Shown: in pieces, positions 35,752 to 44,425 of the stretch
Position numbering within the stretch: position 1 is the first letter of the stretch
How the letters are laid out: the number at the start of each line of letters is the position of its first letter
Assembly (NCBI GenBank): GCA_045598085.1
Contig: JAZLLI010000037.1
Location: 7,609-71,608 of the forward strand
Origin: Acutalibacteraceae bacterium
GTDB taxonomy: Bacteria > Bacillota > Clostridia > Oscillospirales > Acutalibacteraceae
Direction of reading: 5' to 3'
DNA length: 64,000 nucleotides
Program-made: the position numbers and the translations under genes
Notes under the pieces: generated by a model
Databases searched by the model: none
What the model was told of the DNA's origin: nothing
The model's input: only the letters and a program-made list of their open reading frames with translations

Positions 35752-36628
35752 TGCTCTCACCTCCTGCCATATGCTTCTCTTGGTATGCCTTTTCTTCTTT
35801 GGCGATTTCTTCATCAATTGCCCTTGTGTCAGCCGTTTCAACAACGGGCTGGGGCAGGTCATCAATTGAAACCTCGCCTGCTTTAACTTTTTTATAAATT
35901 TCTGCTCTTTCAAGCATACCCTCATCATACTCAACCTTAATGCCCTTTATGCTGAGAATAAGATTGATTGCAAGAACCGCACCGAACATTGCAATAACTG
36001 CCAACATTCCAAATCCGTTTTTGCCGCTGACAACAGGTGAATCTTTCACAGCTGAAACAAAAGATGAAGTGATAATCATTGAAACAACTGCGCTGACAAT
36101 GCCAATAACAGCCGCAACGGATGTGATTTTTTGCATATTTTTAACACTGATAAAGCAAAGCAGAGATGTGAGAAAAACTACCACTGCCAAAAATGCCACC
36201 GCCAAAAGTGCAAAAACGGCAAGCTGCAATTTTTTAAACTCCGCCCCTACAAAATCAGAGGATGTCATAGATGATATGTAACCTAAATCGCCTGAGGTGA
36301 AAAGGTTCACTATGCCGAGTATGCTGAAAGGAATATCTGTTACTTTATAGGGCAAGGCTACCTGTGCACTGCCGGAGGGAAGCAACAATGCCACCGCAGG
36401 CAAAAGCATAACTATGAGCCTTGCAATAGTCAGCTTTGAGCCGATAAAAGCTGTTTTTAATCGTCTGACCTTACAGAGAATACCCGCCTGTGAAAGTTCT
36501 GCGATTTTGGCTTCTCTGTAGAAATTCTCTTCAAAGCCAAAAAAGCGCATATTAACCTTGCACTTGGGGCAATACTGCGAAATATCAGTTATTTTTAACT
36601 TATAATCGCATTTGGGGCAGGTTGCCAT
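35738..36628 (-). CDS. N-terminal zinc-ribbon polytopic membrane protein (unknown function)
   Basis: MATCPKCDYKLKITDISQYCPKCK, then about 5 TM segments and an acidic C-terminal tail. Confidence 0.6.
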   Translation of the reverse strand: MATCPKCDYKLKITDISQYCPKCKVNMRFFGFEENFYREAKIAELSQAGILCKVRRLKTAFIGSKLTIARLIVMLLPAVALLLPSGSAQVALPYKVTDIPFSILGIVNLFTSGDLGYISSMTSSDFVGAEFKKLQLAVFALLAVAFLAVVVFLTSLLCFISVKNMQKITSVAAVIGIVSAVVSMIITSSFVSAVKDSPVVSGKNGFGMLAVIAMFGAVLAINLILSIKGIKVEYDEGMLERAEIYKKVKAGEVSIDDLPQPVVETADTRAIDEEIAKEEKAYQEKHMAGGESNDQG

Positions 36629-36653
36629 TCTTATTCCTCCTTAAAGTGAGTGA

Positions 36654-37646
36654 TTATTTTGTTAAATCAATGTGATAAACAGAATTTGTGAACCACTTGT
36701 TTGTAACGAAGTTTCTGGGTCTGATAATAACTTCATCATCATAAACCTCTAACTGCATACCGTTGCATGAGAACGGATTACCGAAAATATTAACGATACC
36801 GTAAGTGGGCAGGCTGATGTATGTAACGCCATTTACTTTTTCAACGCTTGCAAGTCCGTATTTTTCGTCAACAGCCTTGCTCTTAATGCCAGCGTGCATA
36901 TGACCGCTTACATAGAAAACATTATCGTATTTTTCAAGAATTTCTTTGATGGGATTTCTGTCAAGCAAAATTCCGCTGTCGGGCCAGATTGTGTTCTGAC
37001 CGTTCATATCGTCCATAGGCCAGTGGCAGCAAACAAAAACAGGCTTGCCGTTGGCAGAAGCAAGCTCGCTGTCAAGGAAAGCAATCTGCTCATCGCCCAT
37101 TGTCATTGAATCCCAGTTACCGCCGTTATAAACTATATCGCCAAGAACGATAAATTTATATCCTTTAATCTCGGTTGAGTAATAGTTATCTTCATGGTCT
37201 GTGCCCATATACTCGTTATTGTATTTAATGAAGTTTTCTTTTGCCTGCTCTCTTGTGATGTCGGTTTTGTTTCTGTCGCCAGCGTGATTAATATCGTGGT
37301 TACCTGCAACAGAAACAACAGGTGCAGGGCTGTATTTTTTGATAATTTCAAAGTAATCTGCAAGTGAGGGTTCGTCAGCATAGTTTGTAAGGTCGCCTGC
37401 AACAACAACAGCGTCAACATCAACCTTTGCTTTTGCAAGGTTTTTAAGGCCTTTTTTAAGGAACCATGGGCGAACAATTTCATTCTGCTCAAGATGTGTG
37501 TCAGAGATCATCTCAACAAGCAGCTTGCAATCGTCTTTTTTTGTGTTGATAACAGGCTTTTCAAGACCTGCATAGGGGAAGATTGTCATGACAAACGCCA
37601 TAAGGAATGCCATAAAATTTGAAAAAATTGCTTTAACTATAACCAT
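36654..37646 (-). CDS. Metallophosphoesterase with N-terminal signal/anchor (extracytoplasmic), first gene of the operon
   Basis: Hydrophobic N-terminus, then SDTH, AGDL, GNHD, GHMH motifs. Confidence 0.75.
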   Translation of the reverse strand: MVIVKAIFSNFMAFLMAFVMTIFPYAGLEKPVINTKKDDCKLLVEMISDTHLEQNEIVRPWFLKKGLKNLAKAKVDVDAVVVAGDLTNYADEPSLADYFEIIKKYSPAPVVSVAGNHDINHAGDRNKTDITREQAKENFIKYNNEYMGTDHEDNYYSTEIKGYKFIVLGDIVYNGGNWDSMTMGDEQIAFLDSELASANGKPVFVCCHWPMDDMNGQNTIWPDSGILLDRNPIKEILEKYDNVFYVSGHMHAGIKSKAVDEKYGLASVEKVNGVTYISLPTYGIVNIFGNPFSCNGMQLEVYDDEVIIRPRNFVTNKWFTNSVYHIDLTK

Positions 37647-37689
37647 TGTTTTTCTCCTTTTGTGTTAGTAAATAGTTTAAATCATTATA

Positions 37690-37718
37690 ATTATAAATTT
37701 TTTCTTCAAATTTTGCAA
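37690..37718 (-). promoter_or_regulatory. SigA-type promoter of the 11-gene operon
   Basis: Minus strand: TTGCAA (37718-713), 17-nt spacer, TATAAT (37695-690). Confidence 0.55.
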
Positions 37719-37905
37719 TACGGCAAAGGCAATAAGTCAAAAAAAATCTAAAAAAATAAGATAAAGTAAAAATTTGTCCATATTTTTATATTTATGAAAT
37801 TATCGCTAACTGTTATTTCAACAAATGATTCGTTTAAAATTTGTGCAAATATGCCAAATTATGTAAATAGAAAAATAAAAAATATATATTCATTTTAAAA
37901 GCTGA

Positions 37906-37935
37906 TTGACTTTTGGCTGTTTAAAGTATTATACT
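37906..37935 (+). promoter_or_regulatory. SigA-type promoter of the divergent 3-gene operon
   Basis: TTGACT (37906-911), then TATTAT (15-nt spacer) or TATACT (18-nt spacer). Confidence 0.5.
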
Positions 37936-37981
37936 GTAGTCAACCTAAAAACAAAAATTGACCAAAAGGCAGAGTGATATT

Positions 37982-40171
37982 ATGGCTTTTATAAGAAATA
38001 AAAATGAAGAGCGCACAGGCTATCAGGCAAGTGCGAGATGGTTTGATAAAATCGACAGTCAGTGCGATTTTGTTATGGTTTACGGTCTTAACGAAACTGC
38101 ACCTGAAAGAATTGCAGAATACAGAGAGCAGGGATACGTCATTCATTTTATGACAGGTATTTCATGGGGCTCTTATTCCGACTATCTTTATGGCAGATAT
38201 GACGGCATCAACCACTGGGACGAGGCACAGACAGACAGGGACGGCAACATCATTGCCCACGGTAAGGATTGCCCCTATATGGTGCCCACAGTTTCATTTG
38301 CCGATTACATAACAAACAAGCTGAAAATGATTGTTGACGCAGGTGTTGAGGCTATCCATGTTGAAGAGCCAGAATTTTGGGACAGAGCAGGCTACTCAGA
38401 AGCATTCAAAAGAGAATTCAGAATCTTTTATGGCAAGGACTGGACTCCCCCTCACGAAAGTGCAGATGCAAAATATAAATGCTCCCGCCTTAAAGCATAT
38501 CTTTACACAAGAACAATTGACAGAGTAAGCTCTGGAATTAAGGAATATGCTTTGAGAAAATACAATAAAGCAATAAGATTTTATATTCCGACTCACTCAA
38601 TTCTTAACTACACACAGTGGAAGATTGTCAGCCCCGAGGGCAAGCTTTCCGATATTCCCTGCGTTGACGGCTGCATTGCACAGGTATGGACAGGCACAGC
38701 AAGAGAAAAGAACTGGTTTAACGGCGAATTTAAAGAGCGTACATTTGAAACAGCATATCTTGAATACGGTGTTATGCAGGAGCTTGTTAAGGGTACAGGC
38801 AGAAAGATGTGGTTCCTCCACGACCCAATTGAGGATAACCCCATTTTTGACTGGAACGATTACCGCAAAAATTATTTCTGCACAGTTGCAGCTTCACTGC
38901 TTCACCCCCGTATAAATACATATGAAATTTGTCCGTGGCCTAACCGTGTTTTTACAAACACTTACCCCAAAAATTCACCAGATGGAATTACAATCCCCGA
39001 GGAATATGCGACAATTCTTAACAACACATTCAACACCCTTGGCACAGTTGAAAATTGCGAGGAAGATGGACTTAAAATCGGCGTACTTATGGGCGACTGC
39101 CAGCTTTATCAGCGAGAGTATCCCGATCACTTATTCTCTGAAGAAGCAAAGCGTGAAACAGGCACAGTGCTTCGTGATGACCCTGCTGTTATTGAAAGAT
39201 TTAAAAATGAACTTTTCAAGGATGGCAACACTGACAAGGAGCTTATGCTCAAATATATGTCCGCTTCTGCGTTCCCCGGATTTTATTCCTTGGCACTTCC
39301 CATGCTGAAATATGGTGTTCCCGTTCGCCCTGTGCTTCTTGATAACGCCCGCCGTTATGCAGGCTATCTTGACGATTATTCTGTCCTCATTCTCAGCTAC
39401 GAATTTATGAAGCCAGACTACCCCGACATCAACAACTCTTTGGCGGAGTGGGTTAAGCAGGGCGGCACACTTATTTATATTGGCAACGGCGAAGACCCGT
39501 ACAACAGCATTGACTCATGGTGGACAGGCAAATATAAAAACCCTGCGGAGCATCTTTTCAATATGCTTGGTGTTACACCAAAGAATGAAAAAGAAATTTT
39601 TGCTTGCGGAAAAGGCATCGCCGCTGTGTGGGATATTAACCCCTGCATTTTCAGCTATTCAAAAGAAAATGCAGAGAAGCTTCGTGAATTTGTATGCACT
39701 GTTCTTAAAGAAAAAGGCATTGTTCCCGAATACAAAAATTACCTTTCAATGGAGCGTGGCAACTACATTATTGCCGCCGTTATGGATGAAAGTGTAAACG
39801 ATGAACCGCTAACATTTGAGGGCAATTTTGTTGATATGTTTACACCCGATTTCGCTCTTACAGAAAAGGTTACACTTCATGAAAATGATAAATGTATGCT
39901 CCTTGACCTTGACAAAATCAAAGACGAAAAGCTGTGCGTTATCGGCACATCCACAAGAGTTTATGAGCTGAAAGAAAACGGCAAAGAAATCACCGTTAAG
40001 CTTCGTGGTGCAAGTCCCCTTAATGCAAACATCAGACTTAAAGTTCCGTTCAGCGTCAGCGAAGCAACAATTGACGGCGAAAAAGCACAGTGCATTTATG
40101 ACGAAAAAACGCAGACCGTTCTTGTTTCATTTGAAAGCAAAATTGGTGAAAGAGAGCTTATAATAAAATGA
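37982..40171 (+). CDS. Large cytoplasmic hypothetical protein (about 730 aa), possibly glycosidase-like
   Basis: ATG 37982; the track's TTG at 37958 has no RBS. No signal peptide. HVEEPEFW and WTGTA segments. No family recognised. Confidence 0.5.
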   Translation: MAFIRNKNEERTGYQASARWFDKIDSQCDFVMVYGLNETAPERIAEYREQGYVIHFMTGISWGSYSDYLYGRYDGINHWDEAQTDRDGNIIAHGKDCPYMVPTVSFADYITNKLKMIVDAGVEAIHVEEPEFWDRAGYSEAFKREFRIFYGKDWTPPHESADAKYKCSRLKAYLYTRTIDRVSSGIKEYALRKYNKAIRFYIPTHSILNYTQWKIVSPEGKLSDIPCVDGCIAQVWTGTAREKNWFNGEFKERTFETAYLEYGVMQELVKGTGRKMWFLHDPIEDNPIFDWNDYRKNYFCTVAASLLHPRINTYEICPWPNRVFTNTYPKNSPDGITIPEEYATILNNTFNTLGTVENCEEDGLKIGVLMGDCQLYQREYPDHLFSEEAKRETGTVLRDDPAVIERFKNELFKDGNTDKELMLKYMSASAFPGFYSLALPMLKYGVPVRPVLLDNARRYAGYLDDYSVLILSYEFMKPDYPDINNSLAEWVKQGGTLIYIGNGEDPYNSIDSWWTGKYKNPAEHLFNMLGVTPKNEKEIFACGKGIAAVWDINPCIFSYSKENAEKLREFVCTVLKEKGIVPEYKNYLSMERGNYIIAAVMDESVNDEPLTFEGNFVDMFTPDFALTEKVTLHENDKCMLLDLDKIKDEKLCVIGTSTRVYELKENGKEITVKLRGASPLNANIRLKVPFSVSEATIDGEKAQCIYDEKTQTVLVSFESKIGERELIIK

Positions 40172-41934
40172 TTTTAAATAAAGAAAATTTGATAGAAGAA
40201 TTTGATTCAATCAGCGATTTTTCTTCTATGCAAAAAACTTTCAGCCCGTGGTATTCTAGCATCGGAGTTGAAGTGAATGAAGAGAAAAAAGGTGCGGGAA
40301 GATTGTGGCTTCATTATAACCGCTCTTCAAGAAAATTGTGGGATAATTTTATTGACTTCCCACTAAAGCAAAACAAAAATCTGACATCTGCTTTTTCAAT
40401 ATTTTTTGGTGAAAAAGAGCAGAATGCACAGCTGACTTTCACCGACACAGACACAATTTATTTTTCTTCAGAAAATCTTGATTCAGTGAATTTATTTTCA
40501 GAAAAATCTGAAAAACTTCATTCAAACTGGATTGAAAATTATAATGAAAAAGAAATTGAAATCTGCGGATATTCTTTTAACACAGACGGCAGAGATCCAG
40601 ACGAAACAGTTCCCTTTTACATTTATTTAAAAGCCATTTGCGGAAAGTTTTTTGTTGAAGAAAATAAGATTTCTGCCAAAGCAGAAAGCGGAAAAATCAC
40701 ATTCGCTTTTTCTGTAGAAGTTTTAGAAATCGACAGAAAAAATGCAAAAGAAAAAGTTAAAAATACTCCCGAAAATTTTTTGAAAGCAAAAGAAAAATGC
40801 AAAGAATTTTATCTTAAATGTTTTGAAGATTTTGACCTTGAAGTTAAATCAGAGTTGGAAGAAAAAATCGTTGCAAAAGCTGCCTACGGTTTAACGGCAA
40901 ATCTTGCAAAGGCTCCAGGCAAGCTTAACAAATTTATTTCATCTTTTCCAAGCCGAGGCTCCTACCCCACTCACTTTTTGTGGGACACCTGTTTTCAAAA
41001 TCTTGCATACGAAAAGTTTTCGCTTTCCCTTGCAAAGGAATTTCTTTTGCAGATTGCAGAATTTCAGCGTGCTGACGGCAAATTTCCGCAGTTTATGTGC
41101 TCAACATGGGAGCGTCCCCACTATTCACAGCCTGCCCTTGTTGGCTGGGCAACAATGAGGATTGCCAAAGCGGATAATGATACCGATTTTATTAAAAAAA
41201 TGCTCGTTGCTATTGAGAAAAACAACGATTGGTGGCTCAATTCCCGTGGATGCGAAAAGGGACTTATCAGCTGTCCTCACGGACTTGAAACAGGGCAGGA
41301 TGACTCTCCACGATTTGACAACGGCACAACTTATGCCTGCGATATGAACGCATATGTGCTTCACCAGCTTCACTGTGCCGCCGAGCTTAACAGAATTTGC
41401 GGTGATGAAAATAAAGCTAAAATGTGGGAAGAAAAAGCAAAGAAACTTTCGCAAAAAGTCATTGAAAATTTGTGGTGCGAAGAGGACGGAATTTTTTATG
41501 ATGTTCTGCCGAAAACGGATGAATTTGTAAAGATTATTTCGCCTGTTTCTTTCCTTCCCTTATGGGCAGGAGTTGAGCTTCCAAAAGAAAAAAGAGATGA
41601 AACAATCAAGAAATATCTTCTCAATACTCAGTATCTTTTTGGTTCAGTTCCGTTCCCCAGTGTTGCATATAATGATGTGAATTACGGCAGTGATAAATGG
41701 TGGCGAGGACCGACTTGGATGCCCAACGCTTACCTTATGCTTGAAACGCTTTCGAAATTCGGTTACATTGAAGAGGAAAAAATTGCAGAAGAAAGGCTCT
41801 TCAGTGTGATGCTGAAAGATAAAGAAATGCACGAGCTGTTTGACTCAAAAACAGGGGCAGGTCTTGGTGCGGCAGAGCAGGGCTGGACTAACGCAATCTT
41901 CATTAAACTTTGCGACAAAATAAACAGAGGTTAA
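40168..41934 (+). CDS. GH63-like / MGH1-like (alpha/alpha)6-barrel glycoside hydrolase with an unknown N-terminal domain
   Basis: C-terminal half has FLWDTCFQNLAY, GLETGQDDSPRFD, WWRGPTWMPNAY, EQGWTNAIF. ATGA overlap with the upstream gene. Confidence 0.65.
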   Translation: MILNKENLIEEFDSISDFSSMQKTFSPWYSSIGVEVNEEKKGAGRLWLHYNRSSRKLWDNFIDFPLKQNKNLTSAFSIFFGEKEQNAQLTFTDTDTIYFSSENLDSVNLFSEKSEKLHSNWIENYNEKEIEICGYSFNTDGRDPDETVPFYIYLKAICGKFFVEENKISAKAESGKITFAFSVEVLEIDRKNAKEKVKNTPENFLKAKEKCKEFYLKCFEDFDLEVKSELEEKIVAKAAYGLTANLAKAPGKLNKFISSFPSRGSYPTHFLWDTCFQNLAYEKFSLSLAKEFLLQIAEFQRADGKFPQFMCSTWERPHYSQPALVGWATMRIAKADNDTDFIKKMLVAIEKNNDWWLNSRGCEKGLISCPHGLETGQDDSPRFDNGTTYACDMNAYVLHQLHCAAELNRICGDENKAKMWEEKAKKLSQKVIENLWCEEDGIFYDVLPKTDEFVKIISPVSFLPLWAGVELPKEKRDETIKKYLLNTQYLFGSVPFPSVAYNDVNYGSDKWWRGPTWMPNAYLMLETLSKFGYIEEEKIAEERLFSVMLKDKEMHELFDSKTGAGLGAAEQGWTNAIFIKLCDKINRG

Positions 41935-41937
41935 GCC

Positions 41938-42750
41938 ATGCTGATTTCGAGCAATAAAACATCTTTTCACAACAAATACAGGGTCATTGGCGAGCAGGTT
42001 GCGGACTATGTTTTTTCGCCCCATATGCACGACCAGTGCGAATATATTTTTGTGAAAAAAGGAACCTGTTTTTTGTATGTTAATTCGGAGCTGATAACGC
42101 TCACCGAGGGCAAAGCATTTTTTATAATTCCGTGGCAGCTTCACTCCATTGAAGGGCAAAAAGGAAGCGAGATGTATATCGTTACTTTTTCAAATGAAGC
42201 CATTGCTTTTTTTGATGAACACATTGATATTGACAACTGCTCCACAAAGCCATATACTCCAAATAAAAATGTGAATGACACAGTTATTTCTCAGCTTGTG
42301 GAGCAGAAATGTTCCAGCATAATCGCACTTTGCGCCTGTGCAAATTTAATTTGTGATGATTTTTTAAAGAATAATCCTCAGCCTAAAAAGAGTGAAAAAA
42401 GCGGCGCAGACAGCACCATTGCCATCAACGCCGCAAAGTATATGAGAACTCACTACAAAGAGAAGCTGACGCTTCCACAAGTTGCAAGAGCGGTGGGAAC
42501 ATCCGCAAGCTATCTTAGCCGAGTGCTCAGCCAGTCAAACAGCCTTGGATTTTCGGGGTATCTTGATGAACTGCGTATTTCATATGCACAAATGCTTTTG
42601 CGCACAACGGATATGAAAATTGCCGACATTGCTAAAAGTGCGGGATATTCAAACATACGCACATTCAACCGCAAATTTAAAGAGCATTTCTTTCAATCCC
42701 CCACAGAATTGAGAAAAGAAGAAAAACAGGAATCGAAGAAAAATCAATAA
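41938..42750 (+). CDS. AraC-family transcriptional regulator
   Basis: Cupin-like N-terminus. C-terminal double HTH (LTLPQVARAVGTSASYLSRVL; IADIAKSAGYSNIRTFNRKFK). Confidence 0.85.
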   Translation: MLISSNKTSFHNKYRVIGEQVADYVFSPHMHDQCEYIFVKKGTCFLYVNSELITLTEGKAFFIIPWQLHSIEGQKGSEMYIVTFSNEAIAFFDEHIDIDNCSTKPYTPNKNVNDTVISQLVEQKCSSIIALCACANLICDDFLKNNPQPKKSEKSGADSTIAINAAKYMRTHYKEKLTLPQVARAVGTSASYLSRVLSQSNSLGFSGYLDELRISYAQMLLRTTDMKIADIAKSAGYSNIRTFNRKFKEHFFQSPTELRKEEKQESKKNQ

Positions 42751-42755
42751 AATAA

Positions 42756-42790
42756 AACGGTGATTCATTACGAACCACCGTTATTTTTTT
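42756..42790. terminator. Terminator between convergent genes
   Basis: AACGGTG-13nt-CACCGTT followed by ATTTTTTT. Confidence 0.65.
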
Positions 42791-44309
42791 AGAACCAGCC
42801 CTCTGCCTGTCGATTTGCATACCATTCGTCAAACGGAGTTTCTTTGAACTTAATATCAAATGGCTTTTCGTTATAATAGCGATAAGAAAATGCCCACAAT
42901 TTGCCTGAGTTTATATAATTACTGTCGTAATTAAAAATTTCAATTTCTGACGGTTTTTCCTGTGTTTTCGCCGCAACATAATTAACCTGCTGTGTATCCA
43001 ACCAATGAACATCTGTAAACTCAATCACAAGGCAGATTGACAATGCTGCCAGCACAAGTGTAAACGCTTTGGTTATTTTTTCAATTTTTTCATCAGGAAC
43101 TTCTTCAAGCATACATTTCAGAACTGCAATCACTGCCACTGAAATGAGGATGTAGCACATAAACATACATCTGCTTGAAAATGGAGAAACAACAAGCATC
43201 GGACCCACAGAAATCACAGCAAAGATGAAGCACACTATAACAATTGTTTTCTCTTTGCAGGATGGTATATGCAAAGCTGTAACAAAAAATGTCAGTATTA
43301 CTGCCAGCGTTGCCGCAGCCAATGCCAGTTCATTCACAATAGCAAACTTTGTGTATATTGAGTATTTTGTTACAAAACAGCTTGTCATTATAAAAGCAGG
43401 TGCCGCATATGCCAAAAAGTTAAAAGCGAAAAACGCAACACGGCTTTTCCACATATCCTTATATTTTCTTAACATCAACAATGTAAGCACTGCCATAAAG
43501 GCAAACAATATCTCATTTTTATCGAAAATATATAATGCATCTAAAAGCGTTTGTGAAACAGTTGATATTATTTCAGATACGCTGCCTAAGTGAACACCTC
43601 TGTAAGTTGAAATATCCGCAAGCCCTGACGGTTCAAACATTTTGGGAATAATAAACATTAACGCTCCGCCAGCAATTAAAGATGCTAACCACACAATAGC
43701 CTTTGGAAGCTTATTTTTGTTTGTTTTAATATAAAACGCAATAAGGAATCCAACAAAAAAGATATGAACAAGTGTACTCAACTCGAGAAAAAGCTGAGAT
43801 GCAAAGCCTAAAACTACAAGTGAAATGAAAGATAATATTTTGCCGAATGTATTTTTCTCATCTGACTTCACAATCAAAAAACAAATAACAGTAAGCAAAA
43901 CAGGTGGAGCATAATTATGGCAACCGCTTGCCCACGAAATTACACCTGCAAATATCGATGGACACATACCAAGCACCAAAACTGCACTTAAAACAGTATA
44001 AAAAAAGTTCTTTTTACTATTTGATTTTACAACCACCCTTGGCAAAAGAATGATAAGAAGTGAAATGCATACTGTTCGTTCAATATCCATAGCGGTCTGA
44101 TAATTAACAAAGAAAAAAGTCAGTGCATTTCCTATCAATCTGCCGTTTCCATAATGAAGTGATTCACTGATTGCGGCTTTAATTGTATCCGCATTACGGG
44201 AAAGGAAAATATAATCATCTGCCAGCATAGGGGCGCATCTTATTATGTAAAAAACCAATGCAAACAAAAAAATATACAGAGCTGAATTTATTATTTTTGC
44301 TTTTTTCAT
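42789..44309 (-). CDS. Polytopic membrane protein, possible GT-C-type glycosyltransferase (DUF6056-like)
   Basis: ATG 44309 with AAGGAGAG RBS; the track start 44342 sits inside the predicted -10 box. More than 10 TM segments. MLADDYIF acidic motif after TM1. Confidence 0.4.
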   Translation of the reverse strand: MKKAKIINSALYIFLFALVFYIIRCAPMLADDYIFLSRNADTIKAAISESLHYGNGRLIGNALTFFFVNYQTAMDIERTVCISLLIILLPRVVVKSNSKKNFFYTVLSAVLVLGMCPSIFAGVISWASGCHNYAPPVLLTVICFLIVKSDEKNTFGKILSFISLVVLGFASQLFLELSTLVHIFFVGFLIAFYIKTNKNKLPKAIVWLASLIAGGALMFIIPKMFEPSGLADISTYRGVHLGSVSEIISTVSQTLLDALYIFDKNEILFAFMAVLTLLMLRKYKDMWKSRVAFFAFNFLAYAAPAFIMTSCFVTKYSIYTKFAIVNELALAAATLAVILTFFVTALHIPSCKEKTIVIVCFIFAVISVGPMLVVSPFSSRCMFMCYILISVAVIAVLKCMLEEVPDEKIEKITKAFTLVLAALSICLVIEFTDVHWLDTQQVNYVAAKTQEKPSEIEIFNYDSNYINSGKLWAFSYRYYNEKPFDIKFKETPFDEWYANRQAEGWF

Positions 44310-44340
44310 TTCAAACTCTCCTTTTATTTTCGCTCGTTTC

Positions 44341-44369
44341 ATAATATCATAAATGTATTACAATTTCAA
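44341..44369 (-). promoter_or_regulatory. SigA-type promoter of the membrane-protein gene
   Basis: Minus strand: TTGAAA (44369-364), 17-nt spacer, TATTAT (44346-341). Confidence 0.5.
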
Positions 44370-44384
44370 GCCTAATCATCACAA

Positions 44385-44420
44385 TATAAAAGCACTGCCG
44401 ACTAAGCGTTAGCAGTGCTT
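44385..44420 (-). terminator. Intrinsic terminator after the small Cys-rich ORF
   Basis: 9-bp stem AAGCACTGC/GCAGTGCTT, followed by TTTTATATT on the minus strand. Confidence 0.6.
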
Positions 44421-44425
44421 AATTT

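Noticed and set aside
35752-35934. N-terminal extensions proposed by the ORF track here. The same issue occurs at 3120-3191, 7350-7388, 9193-9261, 44310-44342, 46855-46920 and 49449-49511.
   Set aside because: The extensions overlap the preceding gene or a promoter and lack an RBS. Internal ATG codons with GGAGG-type sites give the conserved N-termini.
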